From an uncultured Candidatus Saccharibacteria bacterium (lineage in GTDB: Bacteria > Patescibacteriota > Doudnabacteria > UBA920): DNA of 41,863 nucleotides. Below the pieces are notes generated by a model. It did no database searches, was not told where the DNA came from, and was given only the letters and a program-made list of their open reading frames with translations. The stretch's first letter is position 1. Every line of letters starts with the position of its first letter. Shown piece by piece: positions 27,140 to 33,808 of the stretch. Where the stretch lies: assembly GCA_964557735.1 (NCBI GenBank), contig CAZLAR010000001.1, positions 1 to 41,863 of the forward strand. Direction: 5' to 3'. A program made the translations under genes and the position numbers.

Positions 27140-28444
27140 ATGGCAGAAGATACTCAAGTTGCTGATGAAGTTAGCGACGACGCTGTTGCAGAGCAGGAAG
27201 TTGTTAGTCACACAGTGACTGGTGATTCCAAAGCTCAGAACATGACTGACTTGCTAGAAAGTGGTGCAGAAATCCGCGTGCTAAAACCTGGCGACATGGT
27301 TGAAGGCACAATGATCTCTGTAAGCAAGAACGAAGTGTATATTGACTTAGCTGGTTATGGTGTTGGTGTAGTGCGTGGTCGTGAGCTTTACGATGATCAA
27401 GCCACTCTAAACTCTCTAAAGCCTGGCGACAAAATTACTGCATCTGTTGTTGAAACAGAAAACCGCGAAGGCAATGTAGAGCTTTCTCTGCGTGTTGCTG
27501 GCCAAGAACGTGTTTGGTCTAAACTTCGCGAATACATGGAAAGCAAAGAAATTGTTTCTACCAAAATTTTGGCTGCAAACAAAGGTGGTTTGATGATTGA
27601 GTTGAACAATGTAACTGGTTTCTTGCCGGTATCCCAATTGTCTCTTGAGCACTACCCTCGCGTTGAAGATGGTGATAAGAATAAAATTCTTTCTATCTTA
27701 AACAGCTACGTTGGTACAAACTTTAACGTACAAGTTATTACTGCAGACATGAACGATGAAAAATTGATCGTATCAGAAAAAGCAGTTCACGAAGAAGAAA
27801 TGCACAGTAAGATGTCTGAGCTTAAGATTGCTGATGTGATCACTGGTCAAATTACTGGTGTTGTAGACTTCGGTGTGTTCGTGAAGTTTGGTGAACTAGA
27901 AGGTTTGGTTCATATTTCTGAACTGGCGTGGCAACGCATTGAAAACCCGAAAGATCTATTTAAAGTTGGCGACACTGTAAAAGCAAAAATTATTGCTATC
28001 GAAAAAGGCCGTGTGTCTTTGTCTATTAAGCAATTACAAAATGATCCTTGGGCTGAAGCTGTAAAGAAATATCAAATTGGCCAAGTTGTTAAAGGAACTA
28101 TTTCTAAGATCATGCCATTCGGTGTATTCGTTGAACTAGATAAAGACATTCAAGGTCTGGCTCACTTAATTGAACTTTCTCACGACACCGTTAAGCAAGC
28201 TGAAGACGTGGTTAAGATCGGCCAAGAACATGAGTTCAAGGTCATCTCTATTGAACCAGCTGAACATCGCCTAGGTTTGTCTATCAAGCAGTTGACTGAG
28301 GCTCCGAAGAAGGCTGAAGGTGAAGCTAAGGCTGAGGCTAAGGACGAAGCTACAATCGAAGAAGCTCCAGTGGAAGCTGTTGCAGACAAGATTGAAGAAG
28401 TTGTTTCTGAAGCGACTGAGTCAACTGAAGACAAAGCTGAATAA
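27140..28444 (+). CDS. rpsA: 30S ribosomal protein S1 (four S1 domains, acidic tail)
   Basis: 434 aa. Repeated S1 OB-fold signatures (GQITGVVDFGVFVKF, GTISKIMPFGVFVEL). Glu/Ala/Lys-rich C-terminus. Confidence 0.92.
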   Translation: MAEDTQVADEVSDDAVAEQEVVSHTVTGDSKAQNMTDLLESGAEIRVLKPGDMVEGTMISVSKNEVYIDLAGYGVGVVRGRELYDDQATLNSLKPGDKITASVVETENREGNVELSLRVAGQERVWSKLREYMESKEIVSTKILAANKGGLMIELNNVTGFLPVSQLSLEHYPRVEDGDKNKILSILNSYVGTNFNVQVITADMNDEKLIVSEKAVHEEEMHSKMSELKIADVITGQITGVVDFGVFVKFGELEGLVHISELAWQRIENPKDLFKVGDTVKAKIIAIEKGRVSLSIKQLQNDPWAEAVKKYQIGQVVKGTISKIMPFGVFVELDKDIQGLAHLIELSHDTVKQAEDVVKIGQEHEFKVISIEPAEHRLGLSIKQLTEAPKKAEGEAKAEAKDEATIEEAPVEAVADKIEEVVSEATESTEDKAE

Positions 28445-28465
28445 CAATTTACTAACTAGCGAAAT

Positions 28466-28497
28466 AAAAAAGCATCTCATTAAGAGATGCTTTTTTA
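28466..28497. terminator. Bidirectional intrinsic terminator
   Basis: GCATCTC (28472-28478) pairs with GAGATGC (28484-28490). A6 and T6 runs flank it, between rpsA and the convergent tRNA-Leu. Confidence 0.75.
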
Positions 28498-28498
28498 T

Positions 28499-28585
28499 TG
28501 GTGCCCGGGGCGGGACTCGAACCCGCACGACCGTAAGGTCAAGGGATTTTAAGTCCCTATTGGCTACCAGTTTCAACACCCGGGC
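28499..28585 (-). tRNA. tRNA-Leu (anticodon TAA)
   Basis: Hand fold: acceptor GCCCGGG/CCCGGGC, anticodon arm AGGGA-CTTAAAA-TCCCT, long variable arm, T-arm GCGGG-TTCGAGT-CCCGC, A73, CCA encoded. Confidence 0.85.
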
Positions 28586-29061
28586 GAATATTTTTGTCGA
28601 CCTCTACCTCTGTAAGTAGGAGTCAGACTATGACAATTTGGGCAAAGTATTCTTAAATTTTCTATACGGTTATCATGCCGATCTCCGTTAATATGGTCAA
28701 GTTCAACTGGCACATAGCCACCTGTTGTTTTTTGGGCCCATCCACAATGTTCACATATAGCGTGTTTCAGTCCAGCATTGAATAACCTTAGCTTTAACTG
28801 ATAACTTGGAAAGTAGCAGTTTTGTACTAAGATTGATTCTAAAGAACGTATGGGTTTTCCGATACCCTTCATACCTTTATTCCAAGCTTTCCCGGAATAA
28901 CTTTTGAAAGTAATATTATATTCATCTAAATATCTTTTTAACTGATCATAGTTACCACCAGTCGGACGCAAATTTAATTTAATTAAAACTTTTCGATAGC
29001 TTTTACTTGTCGCTACCGCATTTGCCAACTGTTCAATTGTCCATGATCTTCTCTTGGGCAT
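28573..29061 (-). CDS. HNH homing-type endonuclease (free-standing)
   Basis: 162 aa. HNH/zinc motif CEHCGW...ELDHINGDRHDNRIENLRILCPNCH. No Shine-Dalgarno. The last 13 nt, including stop TGA at 28573-28575, lie inside tRNA-Leu(TAA). Confidence 0.8.
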   Translation of the reverse strand: MPKRRSWTIEQLANAVATSKSYRKVLIKLNLRPTGGNYDQLKRYLDEYNITFKSYSGKAWNKGMKGIGKPIRSLESILVQNCYFPSYQLKLRLFNAGLKHAICEHCGWAQKTTGGYVPVELDHINGDRHDNRIENLRILCPNCHSLTPTYRGRGRQKYSPGC

Positions 29062-29078
29062 AATTTATCTTAGCAAAG

Positions 29079-29125
29079 GTCAGATAAAGCTACGTTCAAG
29101 AAAATATAAAGTTTTATTAAAGAAC
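29079..29125. repeat. Copy 2 (47-nt block) of the homing-endonuclease upstream repeat
   Basis: GTCAGATAAAGCTACGTTCAAGAAAATATAAAGTTTTATTAAAGAAC, 44/47 identical to 32482-32528. Lies between the tRNA-Cys 3' end and the HNH start. Confidence 0.85.
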
Positions 29126-29132
29126 AAATATT

Positions 29133-29207
29133 TTGGAGGTGCAGACGGGAATCGAACCCGTGCATAGAAGTTTTGCAGACTACCGCGTTTCCACTTCGCC
29201 ACTGCAC
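29133..29207 (-). tRNA. tRNA-Cys (anticodon GCA)
   Basis: Hand fold: acceptor GGTGCAG/CTGCACC, anticodon loop CTGCAAA, T-arm ACGGG-TTCGATT-CCCGT, discriminator U73 (a Cys identity element), CCA encoded. One U-U mismatch in the anticodon stem. Confidence 0.8.
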
Positions 29208-29226
29208 CATCATGATATAACTACCT

Positions 29227-29255
29227 AATTTTAGCTGAACTGACTGGTTATATCA
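29227..29255 (-). promoter_or_regulatory. Promoter of the tRNA-Cys / HNH / tRNA-Leu unit
   Basis: Minus strand: TTGATA (29250-29255), 17-nt spacer, TAAAAT (29227-29232), 19 nt upstream of the tRNA-Cys 5' end. Confidence 0.5.
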
Positions 29256-29304
29256 ACCCATCAATCAATTATTATTCGCGCCATAAAATGGACGACTTTG
29301 TTAT

Positions 29305-29331
29305 TAAAAACCCCCGCCAAAGCGGCGAGGG
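29305..29331 (-). terminator. Intrinsic terminator after the secreted-protein gene
   Basis: Minus strand: CCCTCGCC-GCTTT-GGCGGGGG followed by TTTTT. Confidence 0.7.
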
Positions 29332-29346
29332 TTTGTAATACTTAGA

Positions 29347-30054
29347 TTATTTAACGAGTTCGAGTTCCGAAGTCGCAACAGAAACTGTGCGAGATCCAGA
29401 AGGCTGAGCTAAGTACGCTAAGCGTTCTTGTTCAGCTTGAGCTGTAATAGCCAGTAATTCATTACTCACCTGGTTACAACCATTTACCCAACGGGCACTG
29501 CCAGGAACAACGTATACACCTTTCATAGAATTACAGTTGGTGTATTTTACTTTGTAGGTTGGTTTTTCTAGTAAAGCACTCATGTCTTTAAACCAATCCA
29601 GTTTGGTAGGATAACGTCTCCATGATTTATGGCTAGGACTAACACCAATACCACTACAGTTGTTATCGGCACAACGCTTACCAAAGTTACTTTCTACGTA
29701 ACTAATAGCGAGCGCACGTTGCCATTGAGGTTGTTTAACGATCTCATCAGCATAAACTGCTAACGGGGAACCTTTCGATTCAAGATAGGCGCGTACTTTT
29801 GGTGCTAAAATTGTCGGGACATCCGTATTAGCATGATAGGCAGCCAGTTCATCGTAAGACAACAAACTCTGAGCGTTAATTGAATTTTGTTTGGATTTTG
29901 AGTCGATCTCAAAAACTAGAGCTTTTCCTTGAGAATTCTGTGCCACGTAAGCGGCAGCCGCGAATTCAGGGTAAACCATGAATACGAGGGGTAAGAAAGC
30001 AAGCACAACGGCCACTTTCTCGATTGCAGAAGTTAAGGATAAAGGAGCTTTCAT
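29347..30054 (-). CDS. Membrane-anchored/secreted protein with glucosaminidase-like (FlgJ/LytD-type) peptidoglycan hydrolase motif
   Basis: I take the start at ATG 30054 (MKAPLSL), preceded by AAGGAG. N-terminal hydrophobic anchor. LAISYVESNFGKRCADNNCSGIG resembles the ESgwG...NNlfGi glucosaminidase signature. Confidence 0.5.
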   Translation of the reverse strand: MKAPLSLTSAIEKVAVVLAFLPLVFMVYPEFAAAAYVAQNSQGKALVFEIDSKSKQNSINAQSLLSYDELAAYHANTDVPTILAPKVRAYLESKGSPLAVYADEIVKQPQWQRALAISYVESNFGKRCADNNCSGIGVSPSHKSWRRYPTKLDWFKDMSALLEKPTYKVKYTNCNSMKGVYVVPGSARWVNGCNQVSNELLAITAQAEQERLAYLAQPSGSRTVSVATSELELVK

Positions 30055-30249
30055 TTTATCAATGCAACTCCTTATATCTAGAGCAATAAGCACATAGGAT
30101 TCTTCTATTACCCCCGGACCTATGATTTTAGAGCTTAGATTTAATGATTTAAACGATTGACCTTAGTCGGGTTACTACAGATAGAGCCATTTTTACTCTA
30201 GTTTTGCATATATAATGCTTTATCTATTGATAAAACACCACATTGGCCA

Positions 30250-30272
30250 ATAAAAAAGACTGCTAAAGCAGT
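30250..30272 (-). terminator. Intrinsic terminator (minus strand)
   Basis: ACTGC-TTTA-GCAGT (30259-30272) followed by CTTTTTTATT on the minus strand. Confidence 0.6.
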
Positions 30273-30285
30273 ACCGTACAAGATC

Positions 30286-30314
30286 ATTATAACAGTTTTA
30301 GGCCTTCCTGACAA
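30286..30314 (-). promoter_or_regulatory. Near-consensus promoter immediately upstream of the terminator
   Basis: Minus strand: TTGTCA (30309-30314), 17-nt spacer, TATAAT (30286-30291). Confidence 0.45.
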
Positions 30315-30403
30315 CCTATTTTAGGCATTTTACCCCTTATTTAAGCCAAATAACGTTTTTTTAGGCTTGCCCAAGGGGCGAATTGGCATAGTAAATGGCT
30401 TAT

Positions 30404-30610
30404 TTAAAAGGGTTTTCTGAATAATGAATTAATGTAAATAATTGGTATTCTATTGCCAACAGAAGTGCGATACTTCTTCAAAAAGTACTTATCAGTTTTA
30501 TTCGCCAGCATATAATTGTCACTCAAAAAACCACCCTTCGCTTTGCCTTTGTAAGACAACTTCGGAATGTTAAATAAGCTGTTAACTTGTTTTAAAATCT
30601 TTGCATTCAT
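30404..30610 (-). pseudogene. N-terminal remnant of a phosphotransferase (APH/choline-kinase-like) gene
   Basis: The 68 aa from ATG 30610, MNAKILKQVNSLFNIPKLSYKGKAKGGFLSDNYMLANKTDKYFLKKYR..., match only the nucleotide-binding N-lobe of APH-type kinases (normally about 300 aa). About 310 bp of non-coding DNA follows. Confidence 0.5.
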
Positions 30611-30616
30611 TAAAAT

Positions 30617-30662
30617 CAGTATAACAAAAAACTCCCCTTTAGGGAGAGTTTGATGATGGAGC
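30617..30662. repeat. Direct repeat A (46 bp) on the downstream side of the methyltransferase gene
   Basis: 37/46 identical to 31605-31650. On the minus strand it reads GCTCCA-TCA...hairpin...TTTTTTGTTATACTG. Confidence 0.75.
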
Positions 30663-30684
30663 TCCATAGTACAGGATGTTAGAA

Positions 30685-31599
30685 CTACTTTTTCTTTAAT
30701 ACAGTTAAATGATATGAGAACAATCCCATTTGTGCAGCATCAAGCATGAGATAACCAGCCGCCGCATTGTTTATTACTTTAGAGGGTAAAAAGACATTCA
30801 AAAAATGAGCTAAAAACTTATGTGAAAAGTATTTGTGTGCTAATTTTTCAAATCTTCGCAAGTTAGGCAGAATATATTGCGATAGATCTTCGTCTTTTAT
30901 AATTTCAAATCCAGCTCTCAAGGCTTTATCCATAAAGAGAGGGTATTGTTCAAATACCTCTAAAGCCATTCCCTTCTCAACAAGTTTCATCGCGATTTCC
31001 TCAGCTTCATTTTTAGCTTCTTTTGCTCTGTATCCATCAATCACAATAAAGAGCCCATCTTTTTTTAGGATCCTGTGTACCTCGGATAAAACTCTTTCTT
31101 TTTCAGTACTATGACATATTGCTTCAATAACAAAAACAATTTCCATACTACCATCTTCGTACATGCTTAAATCGTGATAATCACCTGTTCGAGGATGGTA
31201 GTTCTTTAAGGACCGCGCTCTTTTAAGAGCATAGCTGATATGATCAGAGGTTAAATCAATTCCGTAAAAATTTGTTTGTGGAAATAGTTTTCCTAGATAT
31301 TCAGAGTTTGCACCTCTCCCTGTAGCAAGTTCTAATACATGTTTCGCATTAGTTGATATTATGTAGGCTTGTACTATTCTCGCTGCTTCTAATAAATCAT
31401 CTTCTTTGTAAACCCCATCTTTGCTGATTCCCATGTGCACAAAATCAGTGCGTGTATGAAATATTGTGTATGGAATTTCATTCAGAGAATAATATTTAGC
31501 AATATAATTATTATCGGGATGTATTTCGGTAATCTTCTTAATATCTAAAACTTTGCTGATTGAAGAAATTTTATTTTCGAGAGTTTCTTTGTGATTCAT
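30685..31599 (-). CDS. Class I SAM-dependent methyltransferase
   Basis: 304 aa. Motif I VLELATGRGANS, motif II-like YGIDLT, post-I acidic residue. Substrate unknown. Confidence 0.8.
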   Translation of the reverse strand: MNHKETLENKISSISKVLDIKKITEIHPDNNYIAKYYSLNEIPYTIFHTRTDFVHMGISKDGVYKEDDLLEAARIVQAYIISTNAKHVLELATGRGANSEYLGKLFPQTNFYGIDLTSDHISYALKRARSLKNYHPRTGDYHDLSMYEDGSMEIVFVIEAICHSTEKERVLSEVHRILKKDGLFIVIDGYRAKEAKNEAEEIAMKLVEKGMALEVFEQYPLFMDKALRAGFEIIKDEDLSQYILPNLRRFEKLAHKYFSHKFLAHFLNVFLPSKVINNAAAGYLMLDAAQMGLFSYHLTVLKKK

Positions 31600-31604
31600 G
31601 CATC

Positions 31605-31650
31605 CAGTATAACAAAAAACCGCCCTTTAGGGACGATATTTTGATGGAGC
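31605..31650. repeat. Direct repeat B (46 bp), including the true 3' end of tRNA-Gly
   Basis: Partner of 30617-30662. Covers the tRNA-Gly terminal GCTCCA, a short hairpin, a T6 run and the TGTTATACT extended -10 that lies 6 nt before the methyltransferase ATG. Confidence 0.75.
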
Positions 31651-31718
31651 GGCCAAGGGGAATCGAACCCCTATCCCTTCCTTGGCAAGGAAGAGTTCTA
31701 CCATTGAACCATGGCCGC
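31645..31718 (-). tRNA. tRNA-Gly (anticodon GCC)
   Basis: Hand fold: acceptor GCGGCCA/TGGCCGC, anticodon arm CTTCC-TTGCCAA-GGAAG, T-arm AGGGG-TTCGATT-CCCCT, U73, CCA encoded. Confidence 0.85.
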
Positions 31719-31719
31719 A

Positions 31720-31795
31720 TGGTGCCGGATCCCAGAATCGAACTGGGTACGCTTGCCTCTTCAGGGCAACGCTCTAACCAATGAGCTAATCCGGC
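31720..31795 (-). tRNA. tRNA-Phe (anticodon GAA)
   Basis: Hand fold: GCCGGAT TA GCTC ATTGGTTA GAGC, anticodon arm TTGCC-CTGAAGA-GGCAA, T-arm CCCAG-TTCGATT-CTGGG, CCA encoded. Only 1 nt separates it from tRNA-Gly. Confidence 0.85.
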
Positions 31796-32463
31796 ATGTG
31801 CAAATTTTTATTAAAATCTAAAGCAGCTTTTATCTTGTCATACTTTCTTTTTAAGAATAGCATGTCATTTTGAGAGTACATAGCATTGGCAAGTGTGGTC
31901 GAATCTTTTTTCGCGAACTGCAAACCGTAAACTCCAGCCGACTTGAAATGCTTAATAAAGCCAGTGGTACTGTACAGAGTATTTAGCTTACTTTTGATCC
32001 AAAGCAAAAATTCAATACTTGCAGAGTAGATCACTAAGTTAAACACAAAACTTTTTGGCCAGCGTTTATCCCAACTTGTAAAGAATGATCCATCGCCGTC
32101 AAATTCCCCTCGTAAGAAGTCTGCGAAATATTCATCTGGAATCTTTAGCTCGCTAATTGTTTTGGATTTAGCAGGAGTTAACCCGATTGACTTTAAATAG
32201 TTTACAAAAGTTTCATCACCGAAAGCAGTATAGTAGTATTTCTTTTCTGTCTCTCCACCCCGCGCACTTTTGCCAATCTTGTTATCTAGGACAAATGCTT
32301 TTTTAAAATTTTCAATCATTTCTAGATCCTTGGAGATGAGCCGGACGTGTCTGCCATCTTTTGAAATACACCCATCAGATGCAATAAGACCAATACCGTA
32401 AGCAAAGTTATGGCTCCAAGATATGTTGATTTTATATTGTAATTGACCACCTTGTTTGTTCAT
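31786..32463 (-). CDS. LAGLIDADG homing endonuclease (double-motif, free-standing)
   Basis: Two LAGLIDADG motifs (GIGLIASDGC and FLRGEFDGDGS). I take the start at ATG 32463 (MNKQGG), 6 nt after a TATAAT. No Shine-Dalgarno. Stop TAG at 31786-31788 lies inside tRNA-Phe (positions 8-10). Confidence 0.8.
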   Translation of the reverse strand: MNKQGGQLQYKINISWSHNFAYGIGLIASDGCISKDGRHVRLISKDLEMIENFKKAFVLDNKIGKSARGGETEKKYYYTAFGDETFVNYLKSIGLTPAKSKTISELKIPDEYFADFLRGEFDGDGSFFTSWDKRWPKSFVFNLVIYSASIEFLLWIKSKLNTLYSTTGFIKHFKSAGVYGLQFAKKDSTTLANAMYSQNDMLFLKRKYDKIKAALDFNKNLHMPD

Positions 32464-32481
32464 TAATAAATTATAGAACAA

Positions 32482-32528
32482 GTCAGATAAAACTACGGTC
32501 AAGAAAATATAAAGTTTTGTTAAAGAAC
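32482..32528. repeat. Copy 3 (47-nt block) of the homing-endonuclease upstream repeat
   Basis: GTCAGATAAAACTACGGTCAAGAAAATATAAAGTTTTGTTAAAGAAC, between the tRNA-Val 3' end and the LAGLIDADG start. Confidence 0.85.
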
Positions 32529-32545
32529 TAGATTTTAAAATTCCG

Positions 32546-32622
32546 TGGTGGGCGATAGAGGATTCGAACCTCTGACATCTTCGGTGTAAACGAAGCGCTC
32601 TGACCAGCTGAGCTAATCGCCC
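32546..32622 (-). tRNA. tRNA-Val (anticodon TAC)
   Basis: Hand fold: acceptor GGGCGAT/ATCGCCC, anticodon arm CTTCG-TTTACAC-CGAAG, T-arm AGAGG-TTCGAAT-CCTCT, CCA encoded. Confidence 0.85.
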
Positions 32623-32665
32623 TTGTGTAAAATACTATTTTGCTTTGATCTTTTGCGATTTTTCT

Positions 32666-32752
32666 TGGTGCCCGAGAGAGGACTTGAACCTCCACGGGAT
32701 TGCTCCCACAGCCACCTCAAGGCTGCGCGTCTGCCAGTTCCGCCACCCGGGC
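32666..32752 (-). tRNA. tRNA-Leu (anticodon GAG)
   Basis: Hand fold: acceptor GCCCGGG/CCCGGGC, anticodon arm CAGCC-TTGAGGT-GGCTG, long variable arm, CCA encoded. Confidence 0.85.
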
Positions 32753-32782
32753 TTGTGAGTAAGTTATTGAAAAATCTTTCTA

Positions 32783-32811
32783 ATTATAGTGCGTCTAAGG
32801 GAAAATGTCCA
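32783..32811 (-). promoter_or_regulatory. Promoter of the tRNA array (Leu-Val-[LAGLIDADG]-Phe-Gly)
   Basis: Minus strand: TGGACA (32806-32811), 17-nt spacer, TATAAT (32783-32788), about 30 nt upstream of tRNA-Leu(GAG). Confidence 0.5.
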
Positions 32812-32839
32812 GTCTGCAGTTGAGGCTATGCATCTGTAA

Positions 32840-33808
32840 CTAAACAACTTCCCATTTTCCTCTACTATCTCGAGCTAAGGTTCCTAATAGAGAGAAGCCA
32901 GCAGCCAGCTTGTGTCCCCCACCACCTAGTGCTTGAGCAATGGCCTGCACATCTACGCCTTTATGTTCTTCGCTGCGCAAGCTCCCTTTAATGACGTTGT
33001 TGTCTTGTTTTAAAAACATAGCGAACTTGGCCTCTGGCACTTTATTCAAAGTTTCCACGATCCCCTCAAACGCAGACAACGGCGGATTGCCCAGGGCCTC
33101 AAGTTCGTCGGAAGTAATAATAGAGTAGATCATTTGCTTGGCCGCGTCGTAATGCGCATTGCCGAGCGCATGAGACCAAGCCTTTAGACTAGCTAAGTCT
33201 TTACCTTCGTATGTATGCTTAGTCACAGTCGAAACCCTAGCCCCTTTGGCCATTAGTTCTGCCGCCGCCGCAAAAGTACTGGCTTGAGTATTGCTGTGCA
33301 TAAAAATACCGGTGTCGGTGACTATACCTGTGAGCAAGCAAAGTGCAATGTCATGATTAATTTCCCAGCCAGCAAATTTAAATAAGTCGTAAGTCAGCTC
33401 GGCAACGGAAGACTTTGTGTGATCTACAACATTTACATCACCATACATATTGTTATCTGGATGGTGGTCTAAATTAATTGTCGATATATTCAATTGCAAA
33501 ATTTGTTCGTGCTTCACACGCTCGCGTACTGAGCATCCAGAAATAACCAGCGCGTCGAATTTCCAAACTTTGCCTTGCTTGTCGGTTGGTAAGCTTTCAG
33601 AAACCAATTCCGACATTGGTAAATAGCGCAGCTGTTGTGGCACTCCTCCGCGTACAACTACTGCTACGCGCTTACCAATACTCTTCAAATAATGCGCTAA
33701 TGCTAAAACTGAACCAAGGTCGTCGCCATCAGTGCGTTCGTGTGTAGTTAGTAAAATTGTACTTGCTTGGTTAAGCAAAGTAACGGCATGAGGAAAAGAC
33801 TCGTGCAT
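32840..33808 (-). CDS. nrnA: Bifunctional oligoribonuclease / pAp phosphatase NrnA (DHH-DHHA1)
   Basis: 322 aa. HERTDGDDLGS, DHH motif NLDHHPDN, DHHA1 motif GGGGHKLAAG. Overlaps the rbfA stop by 1 nt. Confidence 0.88.
   Translation of the reverse strand: MHESFPHAVTLLNQASTILLTTHERTDGDDLGSVLALAHYLKSIGKRVAVVVRGGVPQQLRYLPMSELVSESLPTDKQGKVWKFDALVISGCSVRERVKHEQILQLNISTINLDHHPDNNMYGDVNVVDHTKSSVAELTYDLFKFAGWEINHDIALCLLTGIVTDTGIFMHSNTQASTFAAAAELMAKGARVSTVTKHTYEGKDLASLKAWSHALGNAHYDAAKQMIYSIITSDELEALGNPPLSAFEGIVETLNKVPEAKFAMFLKQDNNVIKGSLRSEEHKGVDVQAIAQALGGGGHKLAAGFSLLGTLARDSRGKWEVV

Noticed and set aside
26554-27211. ORFs 26554-26772, 26626-26847 and 26993-27211 around the zinc-ribbon gene and the rpsA leader. 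Also the 8-codon ORF at 26984-27010 as a possible leader peptide.
   Set aside because: The first two are alternative frames of the SD-led zinc-ribbon gene. The third spans the promoter/terminator unit in antisense. The 8-codon ORF has no ribosome-binding site.
30617-31650. The 46-bp repeats flanking the methyltransferase could be integron attC-like cassette boundaries.
   Set aside because: GTTATAC does not fit the GTTRRRY core. There is no extended imperfect palindrome with extrahelical bases, and no intI integrase in the window. I kept it as a tRNA-end duplication finding instead.
31560-32823. Plus-strand ORFs 31560-31784 and 32623-32823, and likewise 28320-28619.
   Set aside because: They are translations of the antisense strand of tRNA genes, or of the rpsA 3' end plus a tRNA. 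The tRNA folds explain the sequence.
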